Assembly (NCBI GenBank): GCA_963811165.1
Contig: CAWEQH010000010.1
Span: forward strand, 96,001 to 160,000
From: an uncultured Nitrospiraceae bacterium
GTDB taxonomy: Bacteria > Nitrospirota > Thermodesulfovibrionia > Thermodesulfovibrionales > UBA6898
Direction: 5' to 3'
Length of the DNA: 64,000 nt
The translations under genes were made by a program, and so were the position numbers. Numbering within the stretch: the stretch's first letter is position 1; every line of letters begins with the position of its first letter. The notes under the pieces are model-generated. The model made no database searches, was not told the origin of the DNA, and worked only from the letters and a program-made list of their open reading frames with translations. Positions 27,877-39,228 of the stretch are shown here, piece after piece.

Positions 27877-28377
27877 TCATTTTTCGAGAAAATTCTTGAG
27901 AACTTCCAGCCTTGGATCAATTTCTCTCCGGCTGCAATTGCATTGTCCGGTGTTGAGGTCTTTCCCGCATTTCGGACAAATACCCTTGCACTGCTCGCTG
28001 CAGAGAGGCTTCATCTGTGTATTGAGCAGTATCTGCTCTTTCAGCAGTTCCTGCAGGTCGAGTTCCTCGCCTTTGTAAAACTCCATGTCCAGTTCGTCGT
28101 CCTTAAGCGCGTGTCTCTCCCCTGTGACCTCTTCCGCCCGGTGATACACAACGTTGACAGCGATGTCCAGGCGCTGGGTGAAATCCTTAAGGCATCTGCT
28201 GCACTGGAGTTGCATTTCGGCCTTCAGCTTTCCGGTGATGATGAGTTCGCCGTCGACCTTGTTCAATGAAAGCTGTGAAATTACCGGGCCGGACAGGACA
28301 ACATCCTCTACGTCTACCCGCTCTTCTATATCAACTTCCAAGCCTTCGTCAGGGATATCCGCTATTACTATTTTCAT
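27877..28377 (-). CDS. yceD: YceD/DUF177 family protein
   Basis: CSRCL, KPLCSEQCKGICPKCG, IDPRL; upstream of rpmF; start taken at MKIVIADIP. Confidence 0.92.
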   Translation of the reverse strand: MKIVIADIPDEGLEVDIEERVDVEDVVLSGPVISQLSLNKVDGELIITGKLKAEMQLQCSRCLKDFTQRLDIAVNVVYHRAEEVTGERHALKDDELDMEFYKGEELDLQELLKEQILLNTQMKPLCSEQCKGICPKCGKDLNTGQCNCSRREIDPRLEVLKNFLEK

Positions 28378-28528
28378 TGTAAAAGACCGATAAGTACCGA
28401 AATTGTCCTTAGAATTATAAAGATAATCTGCCTGATATGTCAAGAAAAAGGGGGGGGGAGGGAGGGAAGAGTAGGACCCCTGAAACACCCCTGACCATTT
28501 GATTAGGAGGGGAAGGATTTTTTTAAAG

Positions 28529-28646
28529 TAACGCCCCCTTGCCCCCTCTTAGCCCAAGAGGGGGTAAACTCTTTTCCAAAGTAAGGCCACTTTGCCCTTC
28601 TTAAGACTTCTTCCTCCTTGACGTAAGGGGAGGGTGGGAGGGGTTA
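28529..28646. repeat. Bipartite C-rich/G-rich palindromic (REP-like) element
   Basis: TAACGCCCCCTTGCCCCCTCTTAGCCCAAGAGGGG ... CCTCCTTGACGTAAGGGGAGGGTGGGAGGGGTTA; same type as the insert at 28932-29009. Confidence 0.6.
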
Positions 28647-28743
28647 TCATGTTCTTCTTCTCTGTTTCGGCGTCTTCGGCGACGGCAGCAGGCTTGTGTA
28701 TTTGTGGTAAAGCTCAAAGAGAAAGGCCACCCGCTCGGCGTCT

Positions 28744-28771
28744 GTAAGGGCGGTTCGCGAACCGCCCCTAC
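28744..28771. repeat. GTAG-type REP palindrome inside the MmeI remnant
   Basis: GTAAGGGCGGTTCGCGAACCGCCCCTAC, 28-nt palindrome with one mismatch; translated as GRGGSRTALT. Confidence 0.8.
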
Positions 28772-28931
28772 CAAAACCGTATGCGGCATCCACGGCCTTA
28801 TCCAGCGCCTGATGCGCCTTGCGCAAATCCGGGGGCATTGCAACTGGATCATACAGATCTGCCAACGATGAATTAGCATGGGCAGCGCGGGCGTCGAGGA
28901 CGCCTTGGGCGGCATGCTCGATGGCAGAAGA

Positions 28932-29009
28932 AAACCCCCCTTTGTCCCCCCTTGTCAGGGGGGCAGCGCCTGTATTCCTCCCCTGAGAAGGGGAGGAAGG
29001 GAGGGGTTT
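28932..29009. repeat. Bipartite palindromic element inside the MmeI remnant
   Basis: AAACCCCCCTTTGTCCCCCCTTGTCAGGGGGG...CCTCCCCTGAGAAGGGGAGGAAGGGAGGGGTTT; translated as KPLPSSPSQGRNTGAAPLTRGDKGGF. Confidence 0.7.
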
Positions 29010-29504
29010 GCTTTCCGTATCTCGAATAACTTCCGGCCAGGGGAAGTTGTTGTAAACGATCTGGTTAGAATATCGATAATCGCTTTTTAGTCTTCCCGCA
29101 ACATACCGCATCCATGCCATGTGCATGGCGGATGAGAGAATGCCGAAATGATATCTGCCAGCGCCGGCAATAATTAAACAAAGGTTGCTGGCCACGATGT
29201 CAGAAGTAAAAAAACCTACAGGTATATATTGGCGGCGCTCCGAAGAAACACTAGGTATGGCTAGAAATTCAGTCGAAGGCTGCGAAACAAAAGCAAAGCA
29301 TGTCTCGGCCCGTGCGCCCTCCCACTCGCGTGAAAAGGCGAGGGCCCGGTCCTTGATTTCATTGAGCGAGAGCGGCATTTACGGATTATCTTTCCCCATA
29401 AATTTCTCATCAATATTAAAATCTTTCCCTGATATTTGCAACACTCTGGCCGGTCTTTCCTCATCTGTTGCACTTTACCCGGCCGATATTATTTAATAGG
29501 TGGT

Positions 29505-32081
29505 ATGTCAGAACTCTCACCTCTTATGAAACAGTATTTCAGCATCAAGGAAAAGCACGCCGACGCGATCGTGCTTTTCCGCTGCGGAGATTTCTACGAG
29601 ATGTTCGGCGAGGACGCCGAGAAGGCCTCGAAGATACTCCAGATCGCGCTTACGACAAGGGAAAAGTCCAAGGACAACCCGGTGCCTATGTGCGGTGTCC
29701 CCTACTTTGCGGCTGAATCATATATCGCAAAATTGATCAAGGCCGGCCAGAAGGTCGCAATATGTGAGCAGATGGAAGACCCGAAAGAGGCCAAGGGGAT
29801 TGTCGCGCGGGACGTGGTAAGGATAATCACTCCCGGAACTCATGCCCCTGAAAATCCTAAGGAAAATACGTACATTATAAGTGTCTTCCCCTACGGCGAG
29901 AGGCACGGCATCACGGCCGCCGATATCTCCACCGGGGAGTTCATCGTGTATGAGACCGGCGAACACATAGAAGACGAAGTCGGCCGGTTTGAACCGAAGG
30001 AGGTGCTCCTGCCTGTCAGCATAAAAGACAATATTCATTACCAGGAGGCGTTCTCCGGATTTTACCTGACGGGGGTCGAAGACTGGTTTTTCGACTATCC
30101 CGAGGCATACAGGACATTGCTTGGACATTTCAGGGTCTCTTCTTTAGAGGGCTATGGCTGCGAAGGTCTCACTGCTGCGATATCCTCGGCGGGAGCGCTC
30201 ATCAACTACCTCGAAAATACACAAAAAGACCTTATCCGGTTCAAAAAGATCACGACCCTGAAACAAAGCGCAAATATGTTTTTAGATGCCGCCACGCAGA
30301 GGAACCTCGAATTGGTCCATAACTTAAGAGACGGCTCGCGTGAAGGGACGCTCCTTGAAGTGCTGGATGAAACGTTGACCCCCATGGGAGGAAGGTTCCT
30401 CAGGTCCTCCCTGCTTAGGCCGTTGACGGACTCAGGCGAGATCACCGCCAGGCATGGGGCGGTCGAATACCTCGTGGGCGACTTTGAACTTCTTGAAGAA
30501 CTCAGGTCGCTTTTGAGGAAGGTGCAGGACCTAGAGAGGCTCGCCTCAAGGGTGTCGGGCGGCACGGCAAACGCAAGGGACCTGGTAGCGATAAAAAATT
30601 CTCTTATCAGTCTCCCCAAGATCAAGAAAGCACTCTCCCGTTCAAAACAATACTCCCTGAAGGAACTCTCGGGGGAGATCGCAGAGTTCACGCTGCTTAA
30701 AGAGCTCATAGAAAAGAGCATAGTCGACAGTCCGCCTCCCGGCGTCAAAGACGGGGGGATTATCAAAGACCGGTTCAACGGCGAGATAGACTCGCTAAGA
30801 GAGATATCCACAAAAGGCAAGCACTTTATCGCCGAGATGGAGCAGAGGGAAAAAAAGAGGACGGGGATATCTTCCCTGAAGATCGGCTACAACAGGATCT
30901 TCGGATACTTTATCGAAGTCACCAACGCGAACCTTGATTCAGTCCCTGAGGATTATACAAGGAAACAGACACTGGTGGGCAGTGAACGGTTTATTACGGC
31001 CGAACTCAAGGAATATGAAAGTAAGGTACTCGGCTCTGAAGACAGACTCAAGAACATGGAATACGAAGTATTCAAGGGTGTGCTCGAATCCGTCAAAGAG
31101 GAGTCGGAGGGCCTTGTGGCCGCCGCTGGCGCCGTTGCCTCCGTCGATTTCCTCGCGTCCCTCTCAGTAGTCGCGAAGCGGTACAACTACGTGAAGCCGT
31201 CCTTGGCGGACTCGCCGCTCATCGACATCGTCGACGGAAGGCACCCGGTGCTTGAGCGTGTGCTTTCTGATGAGCGGTTCGTTCCCAACAGCACCTACGC
31301 CGATACGGGCGACAGTATGCTCCATATTATTACCGGGCCGAACATGGCAGGGAAGTCTACCTATATGAGGCAGGTGGCCCTGATCGTCCTTATGGCGCAG
31401 ATGGGGAGCTTCGTACCCGCCGCGTCTGCAGTCGTAAGTATCTCCGACAGGATCTTTACCCGGATCGGGGCCTCGGATTTCCTTTCGAAGGGGCAGAGCA
31501 CCTTTATGGTGGAGATGATCGAGGCGGCCAACATCATGAACAATGCCACGTCAAACAGCCTTATCATACTCGATGAGGTCGGAAGGGGCACGAGTACCTT
31601 CGACGGGATAAGCATCGCCTGGGCGATAGCAGAACATATCGTAAACGTCATCAAGGCGCGAACGCTTTTCGCCACCCATTACAACGAGCTTACCGAACTC
31701 GCCCTTGCCCTTGAGGGAGTAAAGAATTACAACGTCTCTGTCAGGGAGTGGGGCGACGAGATCATCTTTCTCAGAAAGATCGAGGAGGGCCCCGGCGACA
31801 AGAGTTACGGGATCCAGGTGGCCAGGCTCGCCGGAATACCTCAGAGCATCATCAAACGCTCGAAAGAGGTCCTCCATAATCTCGAAAATGAGGAACTTAA
31901 CGAGACGGGGAACCCGAAGCTCGCCAGCGGCAAAGGAAAAAAGCGCAGGGAACAGCTCGATCTGTTCTCCTCGGCGAACGAATCTATCGTAAATGAGATC
32001 ATTACTATCGACACCGAAAGACTCACTCCGGAGGCGGCTCTTGCGAAGATTATCGAGCTTAAAAAGAAGGCAAAATTTTAA
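29505..32081 (+). CDS. mutS: DNA mismatch repair protein MutS
   Basis: SPLMKQY, FRCGDFYEMF, ITGPNMAGKSTYMRQ, DEVGRGTSTFDG, FATHY, SYGIQVARLAG. Confidence 0.98.
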   Translation: MSELSPLMKQYFSIKEKHADAIVLFRCGDFYEMFGEDAEKASKILQIALTTREKSKDNPVPMCGVPYFAAESYIAKLIKAGQKVAICEQMEDPKEAKGIVARDVVRIITPGTHAPENPKENTYIISVFPYGERHGITAADISTGEFIVYETGEHIEDEVGRFEPKEVLLPVSIKDNIHYQEAFSGFYLTGVEDWFFDYPEAYRTLLGHFRVSSLEGYGCEGLTAAISSAGALINYLENTQKDLIRFKKITTLKQSANMFLDAATQRNLELVHNLRDGSREGTLLEVLDETLTPMGGRFLRSSLLRPLTDSGEITARHGAVEYLVGDFELLEELRSLLRKVQDLERLASRVSGGTANARDLVAIKNSLISLPKIKKALSRSKQYSLKELSGEIAEFTLLKELIEKSIVDSPPPGVKDGGIIKDRFNGEIDSLREISTKGKHFIAEMEQREKKRTGISSLKIGYNRIFGYFIEVTNANLDSVPEDYTRKQTLVGSERFITAELKEYESKVLGSEDRLKNMEYEVFKGVLESVKEESEGLVAAAGAVASVDFLASLSVVAKRYNYVKPSLADSPLIDIVDGRHPVLERVLSDERFVPNSTYADTGDSMLHIITGPNMAGKSTYMRQVALIVLMAQMGSFVPAASAVVSISDRIFTRIGASDFLSKGQSTFMVEMIEAANIMNNATSNSLIILDEVGRGTSTFDGISIAWAIAEHIVNVIKARTLFATHYNELTELALALEGVKNYNVSVREWGDEIIFLRKIEEGPGDKSYGIQVARLAGIPQSIIKRSKEVLHNLENEELNETGNPKLASGKGKKRREQLDLFSSANESIVNEIITIDTERLTPEAALAKIIELKKKAKF

Positions 32082-32202
32082 TTTCCCTCCGGCGTTTTTA
32101 ATGGTATAGTAGAGTAACTTAAAGGTTTCACCATTTTTCTACAAGACTAAAAGGCCTGAGAAAGTAATCGCAATATTGAACATGACCAAGGAGGAGGAGG
32201 CA

Positions 32203-32589
32203 ATGAACCCCGAAGATTTCAGGTACCACAAGGAGCATACATGGGTAAAAGTCTCAGGGAAAAAAGGGACGATCGGAATTACTGATTATGCGCAAGACTC
32301 GTTGGGAGACATAGTATATGTCGACCTCCCGGAAGTGGATGAGACGGTCGAGGCGAACAGTGAAATTTCAGAGATCGAGTCGACGAAGGCCACGTCTTCC
32401 GTCATAGCTCCTGTGGGCGGCAGGATTATCAAGGTAAACGAAGAACTGTCGGAGTCGCCTGAAATAATCAATGAGGACCCTTACGGCAAGGGATGGATAG
32501 CCGTGATCGAACTGGACAACCCCACTGAGGTCGAAGACCTGATGGACTCCTCGGAGTATGAGAAATATGTTGAAGAGGAAGCGAAGTGA
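32203..32589 (+). CDS. gcvH: Glycine cleavage system H-like lipoyl carrier protein
   Basis: HTWV, IGITDYAQDSLGDIVYVDLP, EIESTK (lipoyl Lys), INEDPYGKGW; SD GGAGGAGG. Confidence 0.93.
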   Translation: MNPEDFRYHKEHTWVKVSGKKGTIGITDYAQDSLGDIVYVDLPEVDETVEANSEISEIESTKATSSVIAPVGGRIIKVNEELSESPEIINEDPYGKGWIAVIELDNPTEVEDLMDSSEYEKYVEEEAK

Positions 32590-33971
32590 GACTCATTGTC
32601 GTCGGCAGCGGTCCCGGCGGATACGTTGCGGCGATAAAGGCGGCCCAGCTGGGGGCGCAAGTAACGGTCATAGAGGACACCGAGGTCGGAGGCACGTGTC
32701 TGAACCGGGGATGTATCCCTACGAAGACGATGATCGCGTCCTGCGACGTGCTTTCAAAGACCAGGGAACTCGATAAGTTCGGACTTGAGTTAAGCGGCAC
32801 GGTCGTCCCCAACCTTACGAAGATCATCGAGAGAAAAAACAGGGTCGTCGGTATCCAGGTGAAGGGTATCAGGGGACTTTTCAAAAGTTGGGGTATCGGC
32901 GTAAAGGAAGGCAGGGGTGTTCTCACTTCATCCCGCAGCATCGAAGTGACGATGAAGGACGGCGGTAAAGAGAAGGTTGAAGCAGACAAGATCATTATCG
33001 CAACCGGCTCGAGACCGGCGGAGATACCGGTTTTTCCCTTTGATGGAAAAAAGATCCTTTCCTCTACCGATGCGCTTGAACTTACCGAAATTCCGAAGAG
33101 TCTTTTAGTTGTCGGGGCTGGGGTCATAGGCTCCGAATTCGCCTGTATCTATAGAGAACTGGGGACGGAGGTCACGATGGTAGAGATGATGAACAGGGCT
33201 GTCGCTACCGAAGATATTGAGATCTCCGGGCTGCTTGAAAAGGAATTGAAGAAGAAAAAGATCAAACTCTTTACCGGAGTGAGCGTCGAAAAGGTCGAGC
33301 GGAGGGACGATGGGGTCCACTCTTTCATTTCGGGAGGCGGGGAGATTGTCTCGGAGAAGGTCCTCGTGGCTGTCGGCAGGGCACTTAACAGCGACCATAT
33401 AGGACTGGAGGAAGCAGGGGTAGAAAAGGGAAGGCGCGGGGAAATACTGGTGAACGAAAAGATGGAAACGAGCGTCCCGGGTATCTATGCGATCGGCGAC
33501 GTCAGGGGCGGCATGCTCCTTGCGCATCTGGCATCGAAAGAAGGAAAAGTCGCCGCAGAAAACAGCATGGGGGGCGATGAGGTCATAGATTATCAGGTAG
33601 TGCCTGCGGCGATCTTCACCTCTCCCGAAATCGCATCGGTAGGTCTGAGGGAGTTCCAGGCAGAGGAAAAAGGCATCAGGATAAAGACGGGGCATTTCGA
33701 GTTCAGGGCGCTGGGAAAGGCCCACGCGATGGGCGAGATTTCCGGTTTTGTCAAGATCATAGCTGAAGAGCGCACTGACAGGATAGTGGGCGCCCATATC
33801 ATCGGCCCGCATGCCTCCGACCTTATCCATGAGGTTGCCGTGGCGATGAAGACGGGTCGGACGGTTGCGGACATCGCCGGTACGATCCATGCCCATCCTA
33901 CGCTTTCAGAGGGCGTCATGGAAGCGGCGGAAGACGTCCATGGCGAGTCTGTCCATGTGCCCAAGAGATGA
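32586..33971 (+). CDS. lpdA: Dihydrolipoyl dehydrogenase
   Basis: GSGPGGYVAAIKAAQLG, GGTCLNRGCIPTK, HAHPTLSE. Confidence 0.95.
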   Translation: MRLIVVGSGPGGYVAAIKAAQLGAQVTVIEDTEVGGTCLNRGCIPTKTMIASCDVLSKTRELDKFGLELSGTVVPNLTKIIERKNRVVGIQVKGIRGLFKSWGIGVKEGRGVLTSSRSIEVTMKDGGKEKVEADKIIIATGSRPAEIPVFPFDGKKILSSTDALELTEIPKSLLVVGAGVIGSEFACIYRELGTEVTMVEMMNRAVATEDIEISGLLEKELKKKKIKLFTGVSVEKVERRDDGVHSFISGGGEIVSEKVLVAVGRALNSDHIGLEEAGVEKGRRGEILVNEKMETSVPGIYAIGDVRGGMLLAHLASKEGKVAAENSMGGDEVIDYQVVPAAIFTSPEIASVGLREFQAEEKGIRIKTGHFEFRALGKAHAMGEISGFVKIIAEERTDRIVGAHIIGPHASDLIHEVAVAMKTGRTVADIAGTIHAHPTLSEGVMEAAEDVHGESVHVPKR

Positions 33972-33980
33972 GCGCGAGAT

Positions 33981-35372
33981 ATGACTCCCATGATGCGGAA
34001 AGAGGAAAAGGAGGAATGGGTCGGAGATTCGAAAAAGGCGCACCATCGGCTCTTTTCGGAACTCGACGTCCTTCTGCGCGCCCTTGACCGCTTCTTCAAC
34101 ATCGATGACCTGATAAGTGCGGGCGATGACGTAACGAACAGGAATTTCTATGAGGAACTCGTTACGGTACGGGATACGATCCTCCGCGTCCTGGGCGTTT
34201 TGGAGGTTGTCGTACCTGAGAACAAGAAAAACGCTTACTGGTTTCAGAAATTTGCCGAAACAAAACTGCTTTCCGCTCAGGGCAGGGACGATTTCCGCGA
34301 AGACCTTTACCGGCAGGACACACCCGAAAAGGGCCTTTATCTCCTTTACGACTCGTTCATAAATCTGAAGGGCGTTATCTCCGACCTTATCCGGACGGGA
34401 ACGATATCGTACATGGGCTTCATGAATATCGGGCATATGATCGGCAAGGAAATAAGGGAGAATATATATTTCAGTCCTTTCCGAAAGAACTTAAATCCCG
34501 AATTCGATACCATTACCAGCCCGAAAATCTCCGGTATCGTTAGGTCGATCGGGCAGAAAGAGGCGAGGAAGCATCTGTCGGTCATCTATATCTATCTTTT
34601 CAGACTCATCCGATATATGGGGTTCATCGACATCGAAACGCAACGTCCTATATCGCTTAATGTTTCCCTCATCATCCTTATCCTCCTGAAGTCCGAGATA
34701 GCGGCGTTTCAGGGATATGTCGAAAAAGCGCTCAAAAAGATCGACGACCCTGAACTAGAAGGTCTCCTGAGGGCGGTCTCATATCAGTTTTCGATGGAAA
34801 ACAGGAGGGTCTATCTCCAGGAACTAAGGGACATACAGCGAAAGAAAGCGTCGCCTCATTTCAGGGGCAGGATAGAAAACTGCCACGGCATTCTCAGGAA
34901 CCTGACCGAACAGACCGTCGTCCAGTTGGCACAGCATTTCAGGCCCGACATAGAAGGGGAAGAGATATTTGCGAGTTTTGTGACGAAGATACAGCAATCG
35001 ATTCGCCTTAGGGAGGACATCGTGGTCCTTCACAGGTTTATTGCGATGATCCGGGAAAAGGCGGCCAACCCCGGGGAGCGGCTGAAGGTTTTTGAATCAA
35101 TGAGGGGCTATATGTTATATTTTGAAAGTTTTACATTCAGATTGCTCAGGCATGATGATTATGAGGAGTTTATCATGTTCTTCAATGAGATACATTCCGC
35201 CAGGAGGGATGTAATCATGGGTCCCGGGTTCAAGAAACTGCTGGACATGATCCGGCATTTCGATGTCTATCTGGAGACGACGTTGCGACACATCGCCAAC
35301 AGACCAGAACTTGGCGATAAAGTGATCGATATGGAGAGGGTCGAGGGTCTCATAGGGCAGTATATGGGATAA
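33981..35372 (+). CDS. Hypothetical protein (463 aa, probably cytoplasmic and helical)
   Basis: Long ORF packed tightly between lpdA and eno; no recognised motif. Confidence 0.75.
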   Translation: MTPMMRKEEKEEWVGDSKKAHHRLFSELDVLLRALDRFFNIDDLISAGDDVTNRNFYEELVTVRDTILRVLGVLEVVVPENKKNAYWFQKFAETKLLSAQGRDDFREDLYRQDTPEKGLYLLYDSFINLKGVISDLIRTGTISYMGFMNIGHMIGKEIRENIYFSPFRKNLNPEFDTITSPKISGIVRSIGQKEARKHLSVIYIYLFRLIRYMGFIDIETQRPISLNVSLIILILLKSEIAAFQGYVEKALKKIDDPELEGLLRAVSYQFSMENRRVYLQELRDIQRKKASPHFRGRIENCHGILRNLTEQTVVQLAQHFRPDIEGEEIFASFVTKIQQSIRLREDIVVLHRFIAMIREKAANPGERLKVFESMRGYMLYFESFTFRLLRHDDYEEFIMFFNEIHSARRDVIMGPGFKKLLDMIRHFDVYLETTLRHIANRPELGDKVIDMERVEGLIGQYMG

Positions 35373-35414
35373 CCTGCACGATATCTTACTTCTTACAGGC
35401 ACAGGGAGGCGTAA

Positions 35415-36688
<1,274 letters not shown>

Positions 36689-36689
<1 letters not shown>

Positions 36690-37012
36690 TGAGCACCAAT
36701 AATCTTTTGCGAAAACAGGTCGTCTCCGAGGTCAAGAAGCGAAGACTGATATTCTTCACTTTCGTAGTCCTCAGTTTCTTATACCTTACGATAAGTCTGC
36801 TTTTTGGCGATGTGGGGCTCCTTCGGTATATCGAACTCAATAGAACAAAGAAGGGCCTCGAAAAACAACTGGTCGAGATAAATATGCAAAATGAACAGAT
36901 ACGGACGCAGATCAGGCTCCTCAAAGAAGACCCGTTTTACAAAGAGAAGTTGGCGAGGGAGGAATTCGGACTAGCGAGGCCCGACGAGTATATATTCCAG
37001 TATGACAGATAA
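36689..37012 (+). CDS. ftsB: Septum formation initiator FtsB/DivIC
   Basis: TM helix, LFGDVG, coiled coil, EKLAREEFGLARPDEYIF; directly after eno (TAATG overlap). Confidence 0.88.
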
Positions 37013-39182
37013 TCCCCTGCACGTTGCCTTCGTCTGGCATATGCACCAGCCTTATTATAAGGATCCGCTGAGCGGGTATTACCGGCTCCCTTGGGTGAGA
37101 CTTCACGGCACGAAAGATTATCTCGATATGGTAGAGATACTTAAGGACTTCCCCTCGATCCGCCAGAACTTCAATCTCGTGCCTTCGCTGCTTGAACAGC
37201 TCATGGACTATTCAGAAGGCAGCGCAAAGGACCTTTACCTCGAGATAAGCAGGAAGAACGCGAAGGAACTGGGTGAGGACGAAAAGATCTTCATCCTGGA
37301 GAATTTTTTTCTCGCCCACTGGAACAATATGATCAGGCCGTTTCCGAGGTATCACGAACTCCTTGTGAAACGGGGAACACGCGTCATAAAAAGTGACCTG
37401 GCAAGGGCGATGAAATATTTTACCGACGACGATTTCCTCGACCTGCAGGTCTTTTTTAACCTCTGCTGGATAGACCCGCTCTTCAGGGAGAAGGACCCCT
37501 TTCTCAGGGTGTTGTCGGAGAAAGGTCATGGCTTTACCGAAGAGGAAAAGGCGCTTTTACTCCAAAAACAGCTCGAGATTGTGGGCCGGATCATTCCGAC
37601 CTATAAGGAGATGGCCTTAGGGGGGCAGATCGAGCTTTCCTTTTCGCCTTTTTATCACCCGATTCTGCCGCTCCTTTGTGACACTGATGCCTCGCGCGTG
37701 GCGATGCCGAACGTGCCGCTTCCAAGACAGCGTTTCTTGCATCCTGAGGACGCCGAGGCGCAGATAAGGACGGGGATTGAATACTTCGGGAAGGTTTTCG
37801 GGTTCAGACCGGCCGGCATGTGGCCGTCTGAGGGATCGGTGAGTGAGGACGTGGTCAGGCTTGCAGCACGGAACGGGGTCCGGTGGCTTGCCACTGATGA
37901 GGGGATACTCTCCAATTCCCTGAACAAGCGCCTCAGGGACAACTCCGGCAATCTGACCGGGCCGGACCTGCTTTACAGGCCGTATACCTATGAAGGAGTT
38001 TCTCTTGTGTTCAGGGACCACGTGATCTCGGACCTTCTGGGTTTCGTATATTCACAGTGGGACCCTAAAAAGGCCGCTGAGGACCTGATAAGCAGGCTCC
38101 GGACCATCAGGAATTCCCTGCGCGGACGATAAGCCGTCGTCTTGGTATCGATAATCCTCGACGGCGAGAATGCGTGGGAGCATTATAAGAATGACGGCCG
38201 GGACTTTTTTCTCTATCTCTACGAAGGCCTGTCGAGGGAAGAGAGGATAAAGACGACTACCGTCTCAGGCTTCATCAATGAATTTGGCGGGGGGGACAGG
38301 CTTGAACACGTATTCCCCGGCTCCTGGATAAACTCGAATTTCGGGATATGGCTGGGCCACGAGGAAGATAATCTTGCCTGGGACTATCTATCGGAAACAA
38401 GAGACAAGCTCCAGGAAATTCAGAATCAGGACCCCTCTTTAGACACTACGGATGCCTGGAAGGCGCTTTATGTGGCGGAGGGGAGCGACTGGAACTGGTG
38501 GTACGGCGATGAACATTCGACGGAGACGCAGGAGGATTTTGACGAGCTCTTCAGGTTTAACCTGATGAAGGTCTTTAAAGAGCTCGGCAGAGACGTTCCG
38601 TCCCAGCTCTTCGTTCCCATTCTGCGTCATGACAGGAGCGTCTCTCCGGCGCTTCTGATCAGGGGGTTCATCAAACCCAGGATCGACGGGCTCGTCACGA
38701 GCTATTATGAGTGGTATCAGGGTGCCCAGTTGGATGTGAAGAAATCGGGCGGCAGCATGCATAAGTCCGAGAGTCTTATCGATACGGTCTATTACGGCTT
38801 TGACAAGGATACGCTTTTCCTCAGGATAGACCCCAGGATACCCTTCGCCGAGTTCGACGAGGACGTGGAGTTCCTGATCATCACCTCCAGGCCTGCCGAC
38901 ATCAAAATAGCATACCCGCTCAGAGGGAAAAAGAAGGCGGCTGAACTTTTCGAAAAGACGGGCGAAGAATGGAAGATGATAAAAGAGATCAACGAAGTCG
39001 CCGCGCTGGACGTATTCGAGATCGGCGTCTCCTTTGCCGACATGAAGGCCAGGGAAAAAGACGAGATCGACCTCTTCCTCTCCATCAGGAAAGGCGGCGA
39101 GGAGGTCGAACGTTGTCCCTGGAGGGGGCATATCAGCGTTATCGTGCCGACGGAAGACTTTGAAGCGCTGATGTGGTATTGA
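37002..39182 (+). CDS. GH57 glycoside hydrolase (amylopullulanase-like), interrupted by an in-frame TAA at 38130-38132 (likely assembly artefact or recent pseudogene)
   Basis: WHMHQP, GMWPSEGSV (nucleophile), ILDGENAWE (acid/base), AEGSDWNWW; both parts in the same frame. Confidence 0.85.
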
Positions 39183-39228
39183 CGTCTGCCGGAGGGTCTT
39201 TGCATTCATAAAAGCAGTGCAGAGTTCG

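Larger units (their letters stand above)
28647..29378 (-). pseudogene. Internally deleted MmeI-family (type IIL) restriction-modification remnant
   Basis: N-terminus MPLSLNEIKDRALAFSREW fused in frame to C-terminal IPSVSSERRQYIP, FGILSSAMHMAW, GRLKSDYRYS, YNNFPWP, SLADLYDP, ERVAFLFELY; no MTase motifs. Confidence 0.8.

Noticed and set aside
38130..38132. Programmed read-through or Sec/Pyl recoding in GH57
   Set aside because: The codon is TAA, not at a Cys-equivalent site, and is explained by local indels
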